In this document: piece by piece, positions 11,321-23,305 of the stretch
Layout of the letters: each line of letters begins with the position of its first letter
How positions within the stretch are numbered: position 1 is the stretch's first letter
Source of the DNA: Catajapyx aquilonaris
Taxonomy: Eukaryota
DNA: 64,000 nucleotides
Assembly (NCBI GenBank): GCA_000934665.2
Contig: KZ538160.1
Coordinates: forward strand, 1-64,000
Direction: 5' to 3'
The notes under the pieces: generated by a model
Told to the model about the DNA's origin: nothing
The model's database searches: none
The model's input: only the letters and a program-made list of their open reading frames with translations
Position numbers and translations under genes: made by a program

Positions 11321-14300
11321 GCGGATACATTCCACCTAACAAGTGCAGTTGCAATATATTTTTCTGCCCTTAAAAGCAACTCTTAATTATAACTAAATAA
11401 AAAACAACTTAGTGACCGAACCACAGGAACTATTTTGTTCTGCACAAAAAATTGGGCGGATTCGATTTTTGTACAAGAGCTTTTGGACTGCACAATTATT
11501 CCAAATTAGTCAGACAATAATAATTATTTATTATGCATTCTTCACAGTCGTGAATTTATCGAATTTAGCAAGGAAAGTGTGAAAATAATACGCAGTTATA
11601 TTCAATCTTAATTAACTTTAGATAATAGAGTTCATCTGGAATTTGCATTTTGTGACAGGAAATCGCAGTGATTGTAAAAACTGCGACCATGTTTATCAGA
11701 ACTGATTTTAATTACTCTCGTGCCACTCTGTACTTATTTGGGTTATAGGCCTATTCTATACCAGGACAATTATGATGGGATAGTTTTCGTTTCGAAGTAG
11801 CCTCTACCATACCTATCTACGCCATATACAAAGTGGGGTGGCGGCGAATGGATGCCACATCACACGATCCCCCTTAAACTCTACCACCATGATTGCAATC
11901 AACCACTGACAATTCCTGTCAGGAACCACCAGAATTTTCAACCTCGAATAAGGTGGCATTGACAGTGTCAACTGTACTGCATAGTGCGTGCCATCACCAT
12001 AGCTCCGCAAAACTATTCAACCAACACACTTTGAACTCCCAAAACCCGGTAAATGAAAAGCCCCGATTTGTCCTGCAGAACGCATGTAAACACTTTTAAT
12101 TGCTTTTGCATTACAGCGACAGCAACGTATTTTTCTGTAATTACTGGCCTAAAAGCATGTAATGAAAATGGCATTGGATTCCCCCCTCTCCAACTTGTCA
12201 TCCTGACATATTGCATGTGCCAATAGACCGTTTGAATGCCAGCAAATGGCGTCCCTGAGAATGAAAGGTGAGCCCAGCCTGAAGCGCCAGAAGTGACAGT
12301 CACTTTGCAAACAATTTTCAGTTCCAGAAGCAGTGCAAAATGGACAAGGGCGGCAATTACCGGGAGAAAATTGGAGGAAGGGTGCGCCATAATTTTGTGG
12401 ACAGATATTGGCAGCGGAAGGCAATGAATCTCCGGAGCCTGGGGAAATAGTTGGCTGTTTGGCACGGACCGAATCCTGGATGCCATTTGAGCACCCCCAC
12501 CACCCCTAACCCCTCCAGCCTCTCTTACCATCCGTTGGGTTTCCAGCATGCTGAATGCTTTGATTGGACTCTTGCCTGCAGATAATGAGGCCAAGGGAAT
12601 TAAGTGGGCATTAAGGAATTTGCGCCGCAAAAAGAGAGATGGCTTAAGCGGGGATGAGATACTGCTGCCAACGCGCTTCCGGACAATCCGACCAACTGCT
12701 TCTTCCAACAAACGAATTCAGCAAAATGGGTCGGATCAATTCCCTCTCGCGAGCTTCCAGTGCTCAGCTTTCCGCATTAAAAAAAAAAAATTTTTTGCTC
12801 CAATAACACAACTATTTTCTGAATAAACAGTTCCCAGTGATATGGGCTGGCATTACACCATTAAGCGCGAATGCATTAGCTGGCAGGGAAATGAGAATTT
12901 TATTGCGTCATTAAGAACATAACTCGGGGTCCATCACCATCATTTGCCGACAGCATTGCATGAATACAGTCGCGCAAATCACCGACAGTCAATTATTATC
13001 AGTATTATTGTTGATATTGCCACTGTCTGCGGTCCCTTCTGAAGCAGGCCTTGATTTGCGAACCAAATGAGCTGTGAACAAGCTAAGTGTAACTGATTGG
13101 CCTCGTTTTATAGCCAAACGGCTATTTTGCGATGCCTACGATTTTAGGCTGGAAATAATTACCTGGAGCTACTTACATGATGAGGCGAAGTCAAGAAAAG
13201 CTGGAACTTCGACTTAATAGAGGCATATTTTCCCTGACAGGCTAACTGTGATTTTCAACCCGCCTCAGCGCTAGGTTTCCCTTTTCCCCTGCCATTAAAT
13301 GAAGTTGTGACGAGGGCATAAACAATTTGAGTGTGCCATTAAAAAAGGAGTGGGAGGTTTCCCCCCAACTCCCAAAGCACAACTCGTGTTATCGAAAGAA
13401 ATGACACAGTAACAAAAGCTAGCGCCTGCAATTTTATACAAGTAGATTCAATCATTTTTTGTTGTTTAAAAATATTACCTGCTTATTACAAATTCTTGGA
13501 TACAAGGTCCACTTGAATGTGGTTCAAACATCATGGCCTAGTGTTTCGCACCACGATGTTGGAACCACATGATGAGATCGATAAGGGTCTGAACAATGCT
13601 GAGTAATAATCGGAGGGAGTCGGTTGGCACGGGAAAGTTTGCATTCGGATGAGAAATGTGTCGGGTGTCTCGGGCAGATCTTCGGGATGGCCCTGGTAAG
13701 GAGATAGAATTTGGGAAGGGTCTAGGAGGGGGGGAGCACACTTCATTTTTGCGCCACTTGGCCCGGGCTCATGTCTTTTTTTGTGTGTGTGCATGTGCTA
13801 TGGTGGCTCCCAGAGAGAGAACAGAGGAGAAAAGGAGAATGGGAGAGTGGGGGGGGGGGTGAAATGGATGAGGGAGAGAGGAAGGACATAAGTGATGCTT
13901 CCTGGCCAGAGCCGGGCCTCTTGGAGCGGAAGCGGCCTCGTCCCAAGCCCCATTAGACCTCCTCCATATTTCCTCCACTATATACCAACCCAACTACCAC
14001 TGTACTTGCTCTCTTTCCAGACCCTTTTGCTCGTCCAACCTAACCACCCCTCCCCAGCCTATCCTCCCCACCTCTTGCTCCACCCATCCCAACCTCATCC
14101 CACCTCCCCAATCTAATCATTCCGCTTTCTAGCTTCCATTTCCACCAGGCTCGAATCTAATTTGTTTCCATAGGCTTATGCTCTATATCAGTCTAAAGAA
14201 GCATAACAAAGTGGGCCTAGAGAGATATTAACGTGCTGTTGCTGCAAACAAGTGTGGCTGCTATGTTTTCTACTATATATCCTATTATGTCATTTCACAC

Positions 14301-16049
14301 GTGAATGTCTCATTATGAATCTAGCACCTGAACTCTAAACGACGCAATAACTCCTACATTTTTGACATGTTTTGGGCCAAGGAATACGCTGCCGACCGTA
14401 AGAAACAATCTGTATAATGCATTTCTTTAATACATGAAGTCCTCTGTTGTGCTTCGGAAAGTTACTTATGATAATGATAAATTTATACATATTTTTATTG
14501 CATGAATTTTTAGGGAAAACGAGCCTTGACATTTTCCTTCGGGGCCATCATGATGAAAAGCTGCACTTCTAATATTGCTATTTGATGTTACCGGCAGTTA
14601 GTGGGTCGTTGCTTGAATAATCCGAGATTGTGTACTCAAACGTGCGGCGAGTTGTGATGACGTTACAATTGAAAGTTGAGTATTATTTTGAAATATAAAC
14701 GAAAAAATCCATCGGCCAGGAGTTGGATGAAAGTGCATTACTTGGTTTTATGAATATTCTAGTCCACCATCAGAAACGATGACACTTCCCTGTACTGTAC
14801 CACCAAGAGTGGCACAGCTTTTACACTCCCCTGAAACCTGGCTGTTGCACTGCGGGGATGATGCAAAACCTGACGTTGACTCCATATTGCATGCGTACAT
14901 TTCAATATGCCATAATTAACTCCACCAACAAACATATCTACTCGTCCCGCTTTGACCCTGCGGTTCTTCAGGTATATGTGACCTGCTCTAAAAAGCAGCT
15001 ACAACAAAACAAGACAAGCACGTCGACAGGATAGCAAAGGAAGGAGGAGGAGCAGACATAATTGAAAGTTGAACTGCTTTCTTCCTTCTTTCTTGTTGTA
15101 TGAATTTCTAACGGTGTCAGGGGGCACTCTGCAATCAGCAAGTACACTCAGCACACACTAAAAACATTAACTGCATTGTAGGTAAGAGCGTTCCAAAGGA
15201 GATTCATCCTGGTAGAACCCCCCATTCCTCCCACTTCCTCCCTGCCTCCTTCCATCCACTCTAGTTTCTCCGGAACTCGCATACTTTATTTAAGGTCTTC
15301 CCTCCAGCTCCACGGGTAAATATTGAAACGATCCCTTGGACCTGACAACCTTTGTGTCCCAATCCCCCTCCCCATCTCGTCTCCCTCTTCCTCCTCTCTT
15401 CCATCTACTTCATTTCCATCTGTAACGCAATTATAGACCCAGTGTCACATATAGTTCCGGCTATGACGGTGCGTATAGATTCTTCAGTTTCCTTTTTATC
15501 AATTGCAGTTTTCAATTCAATAACAACAGTCTTCTAAGAAACAGATAAGAGAAGGCCAACCTTGTCGCTTACTTTCTGAACCGGGGAGGCTATATGAAAC
15601 ATTGGCCATCCAATATGTAAATATTTCTTACGTAGTAGTTAAGGCCTCAGAGCAAAAACCTGATCAGCCTCTTTATGTGGACGTTAAGAGCTACCTCTAA
15701 CAACTCTTTAAGGAACAAAGATTTCCCCCCGATTACTGGTACTTCTTATGCATGTGTAGGATTACTAATGCATCGGAAGTCCCAAATTTTCGTTGTCAGA
15801 GGATCGGTAATACAGTCAACCACTTCCGAAGTCCGTATCCTATTGATCATCAAACAGGCTGGAACTAATCTTTCCTTTAGTTAGTGAAATATACTCAAAA
15901 TGGGGTTTACTCGCCGTCCTCTAAAATACGAGAAGCACTAGCGTATAACAAACCCAAAATAGTTCAAAGATGGCTGCAAACCAACCATCATTTTAATTCA
16001 CCTTTGAGTCTTTTTCAGATTTATCCCAACTATTCAGTAATTCAGATAT

Positions 16050-16170
16050 TTTTTCACATTTTTGTGCAGGTCCCAGGGGCAATCATGGACTGGGTAACCG
16101 TACCATTTAGCCAAGAAAAATGGTTCCCCTTTGACATATTTTCCCTTCACAATCTTTTCAACTTTACACC
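16050..16170 (-). pseudogene. Chromodomain at the integrase C-terminus
   Basis: CKVEKIVKGKYVKGEPFFLAKWYGYPVHDCPWD matches the chromodomain pattern YEVEKI....GK..YLVKWKGY....TWE. Confidence 0.85.
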
Positions 16171-16299
16171 CAAGGTTCACTCTTTTGTATATTATGCAAT
16201 GGTAGTGTAGAGGCACTATACTGCAAAAAAGTTTCAGGCAATTTTTCAATGAAGCGAATTTCAATATAGTCTTTATTTTTTGAACAATATAGTACAGCA

Positions 16300-16725
16300 G
16301 GATCCTGCATATCCGGATCGGATATGGAATCAAATTTAATATAGGAAACATGAACTACTGAGCGTACCTTTAACCCCACATGTACAGTATATTTAAACAG
16401 TAGGACACTGGTGATAACACCTGAATAATGTGAAATATCGAGGCATCAACTGTATTATTGTGAGGTAGAATATTTTGAGCCCAACAATGAGACATAACCA
16501 GACATAACCGCGTTGTTGTATGAAAACACCAAACAACTGAACTTACAGTTACTGTCCCACTCCATCTTACAGGTACTGCAAAAACACCCAACACGCAATT
16601 CCCTCGCTAAGGTCTGCCAGTCATCAGTCTGAGGATGCCCTGAAGAGGACATCTCCAACCTCGTAGCCAACAACCAGAATAGCCTCTCCGAAACAAACTA
16701 TTAAACCGTGGAGTCCTGTCTCACA
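16300..16725 (-). pseudogene. Integrase core and GPY/F-region remnant
   Basis: LFWLLATRLEMSSSGHPQTD...CFCS....WD......FSYNNAV, then FHIIQVLSPVSYCLNI and KVRSVVHVSYIK (consensus GPF.I.....AY.L.LP....HPVFHVS.LK). Confidence 0.85.
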
Positions 16726-16959
16726 CCACTGTACTGTACACTGCATAATATACTGTATCATGCAGGAAAAAACAGTCGGAAAGCACCTGTGCTAACAGTG
16801 ATTTTGTACATGATTATTAAATGTGCCTTACTAATTAGAGCAAATATTTTATCAGCCTCAAAAATTCGGTGTGATTCAACCCCATTTCTATGATATGGTC
16901 AATGGCAGTTCCATCTCATTTCATTCCCTTCTTACTACAAGGCATGGGACACCCCAAAT

Positions 16960-17100
16960 CATATAGGCGTAGGGCCATTAACCAATCAATCCTTAACAAA
17001 CTGCGTTCCAAAGGAATAGTCTCACACTTTACCGGTACATCTCATTTCAAATCTCCCTATATCAATTCAAGCACTTGTACTCACGTACCATTGAAAACGA
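16960..17100 (-). pseudogene. Aspartyl protease C-terminal remnant
   Basis: IPLERSLLRIDWLMA resembles the (D)LLGxDWL motif and lies just downstream of gag. Confidence 0.45.
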
Positions 17101-17189
17101 CGTTGACTCCATGGCTCACATCCGCATCGGCTCAACAACCGGGTTGTTGACTATGGGACTTGTTGTTGCTCGTTGAATAATCGGAATGA

Positions 17190-17685
17190 AACGGTGCACT
17201 GGAGTCGACCGGTACTCCCCTGCGCTCTTGCCTCGGAGTATTGATGGGCTATAACCATAGCCTCCTCCAAACTCTTTGGGGCACGGTAATGCACTTCAAG
17301 TTTCACATGGATCTTCAGACCTAATGAAAAATAAAACACTTGGTCCACTGGCTCCATGGTGTCCGCCTGGTTCAGCAGGGACTGAAATCGATGGATCTAG
17401 TCCCCAACTGTAGTGGTCTGCTTGATCGCCGCCATGTCCCGACGGAGCTTATACTGAGAATTTAACTATTACTGTCGCAGTGAATATGTCACAGTCCCGG
17501 AAAGCACCTTGTACGGAGGTGTGGTTGATGTACCACTCCAGAACTGCCTTAGTTAGCAGAGCAGGAACATGGACAAGACGTTGGGTCGTCTGGTACACCT
17601 CCAGCCCCATCACAGGAAGCATCTAACTGAAACAGTGCGGAAGGTGATATCTGGCACGCCGTCAAATAGAGACAGCGGCTGCCTC
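17190..17685 (-). pseudogene. gag: Ty3/Gypsy gag (capsid) remnant
   Basis: PLSLFDG...QRLVHVPALLTKAVLEWY...F, then YKLRRDMAAIKQTTTVGD*IHRFQSLLNQADTMEPVDQVFYFSLGLKIHVKLEVHYRAPKSLEEAMVIA. The Q....V..Y...F motif carries an in-frame TAG at 17397-17399. Confidence 0.9.
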
Positions 17686-17709
17686 GCAGTCAAATACAAA
17701 TGATAACAA

Positions 17710-17967
17710 TGGTTACACAGTTCGTTCCAATAGCAGTTAGTTCTAGGGACTAAACTGCTTATTTATAAACAGTTACTTTCGAATGGTTAATATCAAGAGC
17801 TTTCCCAAAAATTGAATGTCAATATTAGGCTGAAAGACAATATTGGAAAGGAAGATACACAGACCCCGGCAGGCTATTACGATCCAAGATCTATAATAGA
17901 TCAAGATTACTATCGGGAAGGTGCGGTTTCCCCTAGCTATACATGAGGGCGGGCCCCGGGAGTCACA
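17710..17967 (-). mobile_element. Putative 5' LTR of the chromodomain element
   Basis: Begins tgtga and ends gtaacca, followed by ttgttatca (one mismatch to the tRNA-Met PBS start tggtatca) directly before gag. No convincing 3' LTR seen. Confidence 0.35.
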
Positions 17968-20900
17968 TTCAGTGCTGAAAAACACCGTCTCAGAGCTATA
18001 GAACCGCAGCGTATAGTGACATACAAAATATGTCTCAATTGTCAAGAATTCATAAATTCGTGATATTGTTTATTTTTGGTTATATTTCAGCTATTTTAAC
18101 AAAATGGCCCCAGTCTCACCCAGCTCTTACTATAATTGCTCTCAAGAAACATGCTTGAAGCAGATATAATTAAAATTGCAAATTAACACGTAGCTCCGAT
18201 TTATGTGTAATAAACATAATTATTTGAAAAGTAACGTACTGGAGACCAGGTAATCGATGTGGTTTGTGCGTGAACGAGAGATGGAAGGAGACACGGGAGA
18301 GAGAAATAGGTAGAGAGGGAGAGAGAGGCTTAGCCCCAGCAACAGCCGTTCGATAATTTACAACTTTGTTCCAAGTGTGGACTTTTCGCATGATGGAGAA
18401 GTAACTCGGGACAGCGCTGTGAATGCAGTTCCCAGCAGTCCAAACCAAAAAGTTTCTACCTTCCAAGTCCGGAAAATACAACAACGAAAAAAAACCCTTG
18501 CTACAGTAATTCTTCTTGAAGCGGGACATGATCTCAGATGAGTCTCTCAATTACAGTGGAATTCGCTTAGCGAGATCGCGTTGTCCTCAATTTTCAGCCC
18601 CTAACATCACTTAAACAGCAATGCGGATACCTAACAGCAAAAATGTACAGTACGCGGAATGTATTCTCAAAATGTTTGCCAAGGTAATTAACTGCATATT
18701 AAAATATAATTACTCAATCCCTTGTCGCTGCCATTTACCCTATAACCCGTGAGCTTCTATAAACGTTCCGAATCAAAGGCTGTCAGAAATTTTCAATTTC
18801 ACCTCCCATGAACCACTTTTCCTGCCTTTCCTCCGCACGCAATGAATTAATTTTTTCTCCTATCATTATTTCCACACGGAAACCATATTAGCCCCTCTTA
18901 CAAAGTAAGCGACGCTGTGCACATAAGATCCGAAAAAAACACATTACATGCAAACCAAGTACCGCCATAAAATGACTACCAGCAGCAAGTTAGTGTGCTT
19001 TTAAAGACCAGCTATATGCCCATTAAAATACATGAAGTATGACCCAAGTGCGGGTTGTGTATTCGCATATGCAGCCTAAAAATGTGGGTCTATCCCCGAA
19101 TGGGGAAATATAAAGACACCTCCGGGTCCTTTGAAGAGATGAGGAATCCAGAGGGCGTGACGAGCGTCGAGGCCAGGGCTGGAGGCCACGTGACCTCCGA
19201 CCCGGAACGAGCTCCCCCCGATTAGTGTGTAAGTCGTCGTTGGCATCCCCTTGCCGTACCCCCTGGGCTCCTCAGATAGCTCCCTGAACCATCTTGAAAT
19301 GGAGCACGCTACAATCCCTCTTCTACTTCTTGAAAAGAGACGTGACGACAAATCCATGCAGCTTTGGCCAAACTTTGCCAGAGTGCACAACTCTAATTCC
19401 CCCCCTGCTTTTGATCCTCAAACTCAAACTCCAGCTCCTTTATACATCACCAGCTATTACCAACTATGTCTGCAGTGCAGGTTAAAAGCGTCGTTTTACA
19501 ACCCCTCCTTCCGAAGTCACCCGAAAAATTAAATAAATGAAACCGTTTCAAGATAGGGGGCATTGGTTTATTCTTACTTATTCGCGATCGCAACGATGGA
19601 GTTTATGCATTTTGCCGCCTTTGCCAGTCCCTTAAAGATGATTTATCAATCCTTTGGTCCCTTGAAGGAGCCAAAGGCAAGGAGCGCCTTCAATCGTTTC
19701 CCAGCCCATAAAACCCAAAGGGGGGGATAGAAAAAATATAAGAAACCCGTAAAGAAGTCCTCAGGATAGGGAGGGGTAAAAGTTGGTAGGGTTTTTTTGA
19801 GGGGGGTAAAAATTACGAGGCACATATTGTAACCAGGGAGAGATTAGACGCTGCATTATACAGCTCATCCTTTATTCAAACAAGCGTTTTATGCGACATG
19901 ATATTCAATTGCGCCCAGCACCAACTCCATCTTCCCGCCCTCGATCTGTGTAAGTAATAAAGACATTTTTTTCTAGTGGCCTCCTCTCTGGCCGTATTTA
20001 AGTATTTTAATATAAACGGTGGGGAGGGCAGATAGGGGCCTGATATTCGGTCGGGCCGAGATTTCTAGTGTTTGAGATGGTCGCCGAGTTGATGGCCCGG
20101 CATTAAAGCCATTACGACCTCGAATAAATTCCTACCCACCGCCTCTAGGGGTTTAAACTTTTACTACCTACTTCTACTCGCCTTGTTTCCCCAGCTCTGC
20201 CAGACATGGAAACAAATCTGGAGTCTGCAACGTACGTGCCATGTACTACTTCCACCACCCCATCATCGCCAACATCATTGTGGTTATTAATATTCCGGCC
20301 CATTTTGCTTGCTCCCTTGCCTTCCCTTCCCCTGGAGCCACAACTGTTGCCAAGGTTCGAAATTCCTACAATGGAAAAAGTTTTCCTGGTCAATATCCGC
20401 ACCACCTTGAGGTTATGCAAATTAAACTCCAAAATTACTCTTGGAGCCCGGGTATTCGGGAATCTCAGCTCTATAGCCAATTGCAAGCATGTGATTGAGG
20501 TAATATCGGAAAATTCCAATCATAATCCGTATGTGCATTACAACACCCAAGTTCGCTGTCGACTCAGGAGCTGACGTGAATAGTTGCTGAGTAGTTGTTC
20601 GCCGCAGATTCTTCCAGCCGGGTTTCGACTTTTTTTTTTTTTGTAACCCCCACTCGACGGGACGTGACAACGTCTCCCAAATGTGGAATGCGTCGCGAGT
20701 TCTTTCCCGAGTTAGTTTTAATTAAGCATGCTTCTTCCGAGTTTGCTCTAGAAAATTCCTTGTAAAGCACAGGAATGGTGCACGCGGATCGATTCGATAT
20801 GTGAAATTGTGCGAAATCTGACGGGGGAACTAGTCAGGGGGATGGCTGGGAGGAAAAGCCTATATAGGGGCATATAAAGACTGCGCAGTCCGCAACACAA

Positions 20901-22063
20901 GGAAGCTCTCTCTCAAAGGCACCAGCAGCCATGCAACTCTCTTGATTAACACGAATCCGCAGCATCCCCAAACCACACAGCTCCCGGAAAGAATCCACAA
21001 CCACTAACCCTCTCTCCTACAAGCCATCCTATCCGATGCCTAATTTATGGTCCGGTGGGAAAGGCTAAACCGGGGCTAAAAAGCTCTCTATTTACGTCAG
21101 GCCCCGCATTCAATAAGGCCGGTTCCTGCAGCCTTTGCCTTGATTTACGTTGGCAGCCCATGTACGTAGGCAACGGCTAACAATTGCCTATATGTCCACC
21201 GTTGGACGCCGCTTATATATGCAGCTGCCACCTCTTACATGCCAAGCACCCCACACCCGGGGCCTACTTAACTAACGTTAGCTCATATTGTTCAGCTCAG
21301 TGCGCTCGATAATGCCCAGTCTGCTCATTTTTGGAAGAGGATTTTAATAAATAAGTATGGGATCAAGTTTGCTGGATGCCTTGCTGTAAGGTCAAAAGGT
21401 TTGAAGTTGAATGTGATTTCACAATATATGGGGTCAATAGACCACAATTTTTATTCTTAATCACTACTACTGGAATTAGGAATCCAATCCAACCGCGGAT
21501 TCTCAAAGAGCTTTGAATAAGCAGAAACGACAGTCATGTATGGTCTTATTCAGAAACATGTTGCTAGTCCTGGGATTAGTGTGGACTAAGCTAGTCCCAG
21601 ACTATATAGGGCGAACTAAAAGCTTCTGTCACAATTGGTATTCAAAAACAAGTTCGAAACGTGTTCGAAGTCCCGTCGGACTTCATCTCACTAGTCCATC
21701 TCTCTGAATTCGACTCGCCTACAGTTATATCTGCTACCTCCACAAATGTTACAAAAAGAAAACTCGGAACCGAATCGATATTAGACCTAACCGGATTTCG
21801 TCTCTCAGGTGAATTTGGAAACCTTTTAGCGCAGGATTTTCCGTGTTATTACTTGATGACGCGGAAAGCGCCACAGCCTCCGACTGTTTCATTAAGCCAA
21901 GAGGAGGGGGGGGGGGGGGGGGNGGGGTTGGATGGCTGTAACTTGACAGCAAAACGTTGCCGGCTTAGCGGTCATTTGGGACTCTGAAATAAAACAGCAG
22001 CTAGCTCATGTGACTAATCGTACTCGTCGATACCGCCATGAATGTTGTTCCAGTCTTTTAAAC

Positions 22064-22272
22064 TGTGACGTCCGTCACTAGAGGGCTGGAGTGGCGCATG
22101 CGCGCGGACCTAGGGGGAGCTGGGGACGTATAATTCAGTTGTGCTGTGGCCGGGAAGTAGGCCAGTCTAATAAACTGTTGCCCCGTACCCGTTGTATATT
22201 ATTGGACTACGCCCACGACCTTGTGTGACCTTGCGGGGTCAGAGGGATGACCTTATGCGGTCAACTCTCACA
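22064..22272 (+). mobile_element. Solo LTR (209 bp), Gypsy-type
   Basis: TGTGA...TCACA termini. 4-bp TSD aaac at 22060-22063 and 22273-22276. Internal TATA-like gtataa followed by aataaa. Homolog at 10884-11066. Confidence 0.85.
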
Positions 22273-22954
22273 AAACAGAAATTGGTATAACTCGTCCCAG
22301 GATGCAGCTTTTTTTTTGCCTCTAATCCATCGTCTGGATTTAACGTAGGGGAGAGGGGGCACAGTGGTCCTTTCTATTTTAAAAATATAAGAAGCCGGAA
22401 TAACATCTTTATCTGGTACCTCGTGAAACAAGTCACTATTGTGCTACATGCCAACATGACAGCCACCTCAGAGATGCCTGCGTTCCTGCTGTATCAGGGG
22501 AAATCTATTTGAAGGGTAGTGAAGTAATGCTGGGTATGATCCTGATATAAAAATTTTGTTGGATAGTATCATCCTTTTTCCATAAATGCTGGAAATGTGG
22601 AAAGCGCCATTTTCGATGGAAGCTATGAGTCATAACATTTTGTCAGTTGCTGCCCTCTGGGGCAAACTGGTCCATGGACCAGTGTGCACCTCTTTGTGGA
22701 CGACCCTTTTGCCTCTGTACAGTAATTAATGTCATCGTAGGTTTACGTATGCTAATGGTTTTGACAGACACTAGTATGAAATCAAGTTCCTGGGCCAAAG
22801 GATGTGGCAGGACAAAGTCTACTTTCAGGAGAGAAACGATGTTTCACTTGTGTCCGCAGGTTGCAGTAACAGAAGTCTCTTTTTATTATTTCACATCTAT
22901 TGAGAGGGACTAGATGTACGATAAAATATAAATTATACTTCTTGTTGAATTAGG

Positions 22955-23305
22955 GGTCCCAAGCACTGCCGGACCACATTGCCCCAGGCATCGTGGTACA
23001 GTGGTCCATTTGCATATGGCAGCTTCTTAAACTTTAAGCCAGTGGGATGGCATTGCCTGTGAATATATTAATGACGTATATATTACCAATGAGTACCTCC
23101 ACCATGCCGGAAAATATTGGGTGTGTAGCTATAACAGGAACTCTGATAAAAATTCAACTGTACAAAAGTGGACCACTATGCCCCGGTCTTCCCTACACTG
23201 AAATATTTGGCAATGCAGTATAGTCCTGAAAGATACGCAGCCAAGGAATAAGAAGTACCCCAGTCCCTTGGCAACCTTCTTTTCAAGCGGACAGGACATC
23301 GAGGG
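22955..23305 (-). pseudogene. Decayed PIF/Harbinger (HARBI1-like) transposase
   Basis: Collinear frameshifted motifs PLEKKVAKGL, SFRTI, IAKYFSVGKT, IVVHFC, F.GMV..GTH, QA...HWLK...KW, HDA (consensus EK.VAIAL...YR.IA..FGVGKST...FC...FPG..GAIDGTH...QA.....WPGS.HDA). Confidence 0.65.

Larger units (their letters stand above)
16040..17967 (-). mobile_element. Decayed chromodomain-bearing Ty3/Gypsy LTR retrotransposon, RT/RNase H deleted
   Basis: Order on the minus strand: putative LTR, gag, protease, integrase core, GPY/F region, chromodomain (see sub-features). Confidence 0.85.

Noticed and set aside
12013..12711. Longest ORF (232 aa)
   Set aside because: Non-ATG start, no recognisable domain, and composition typical of non-coding DNA.
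15500..15620. Possible 3' LTR of the chromodomain element
   Set aside because: Only faint patches of similarity to 17710-17967; no termini, PPT or TSD.
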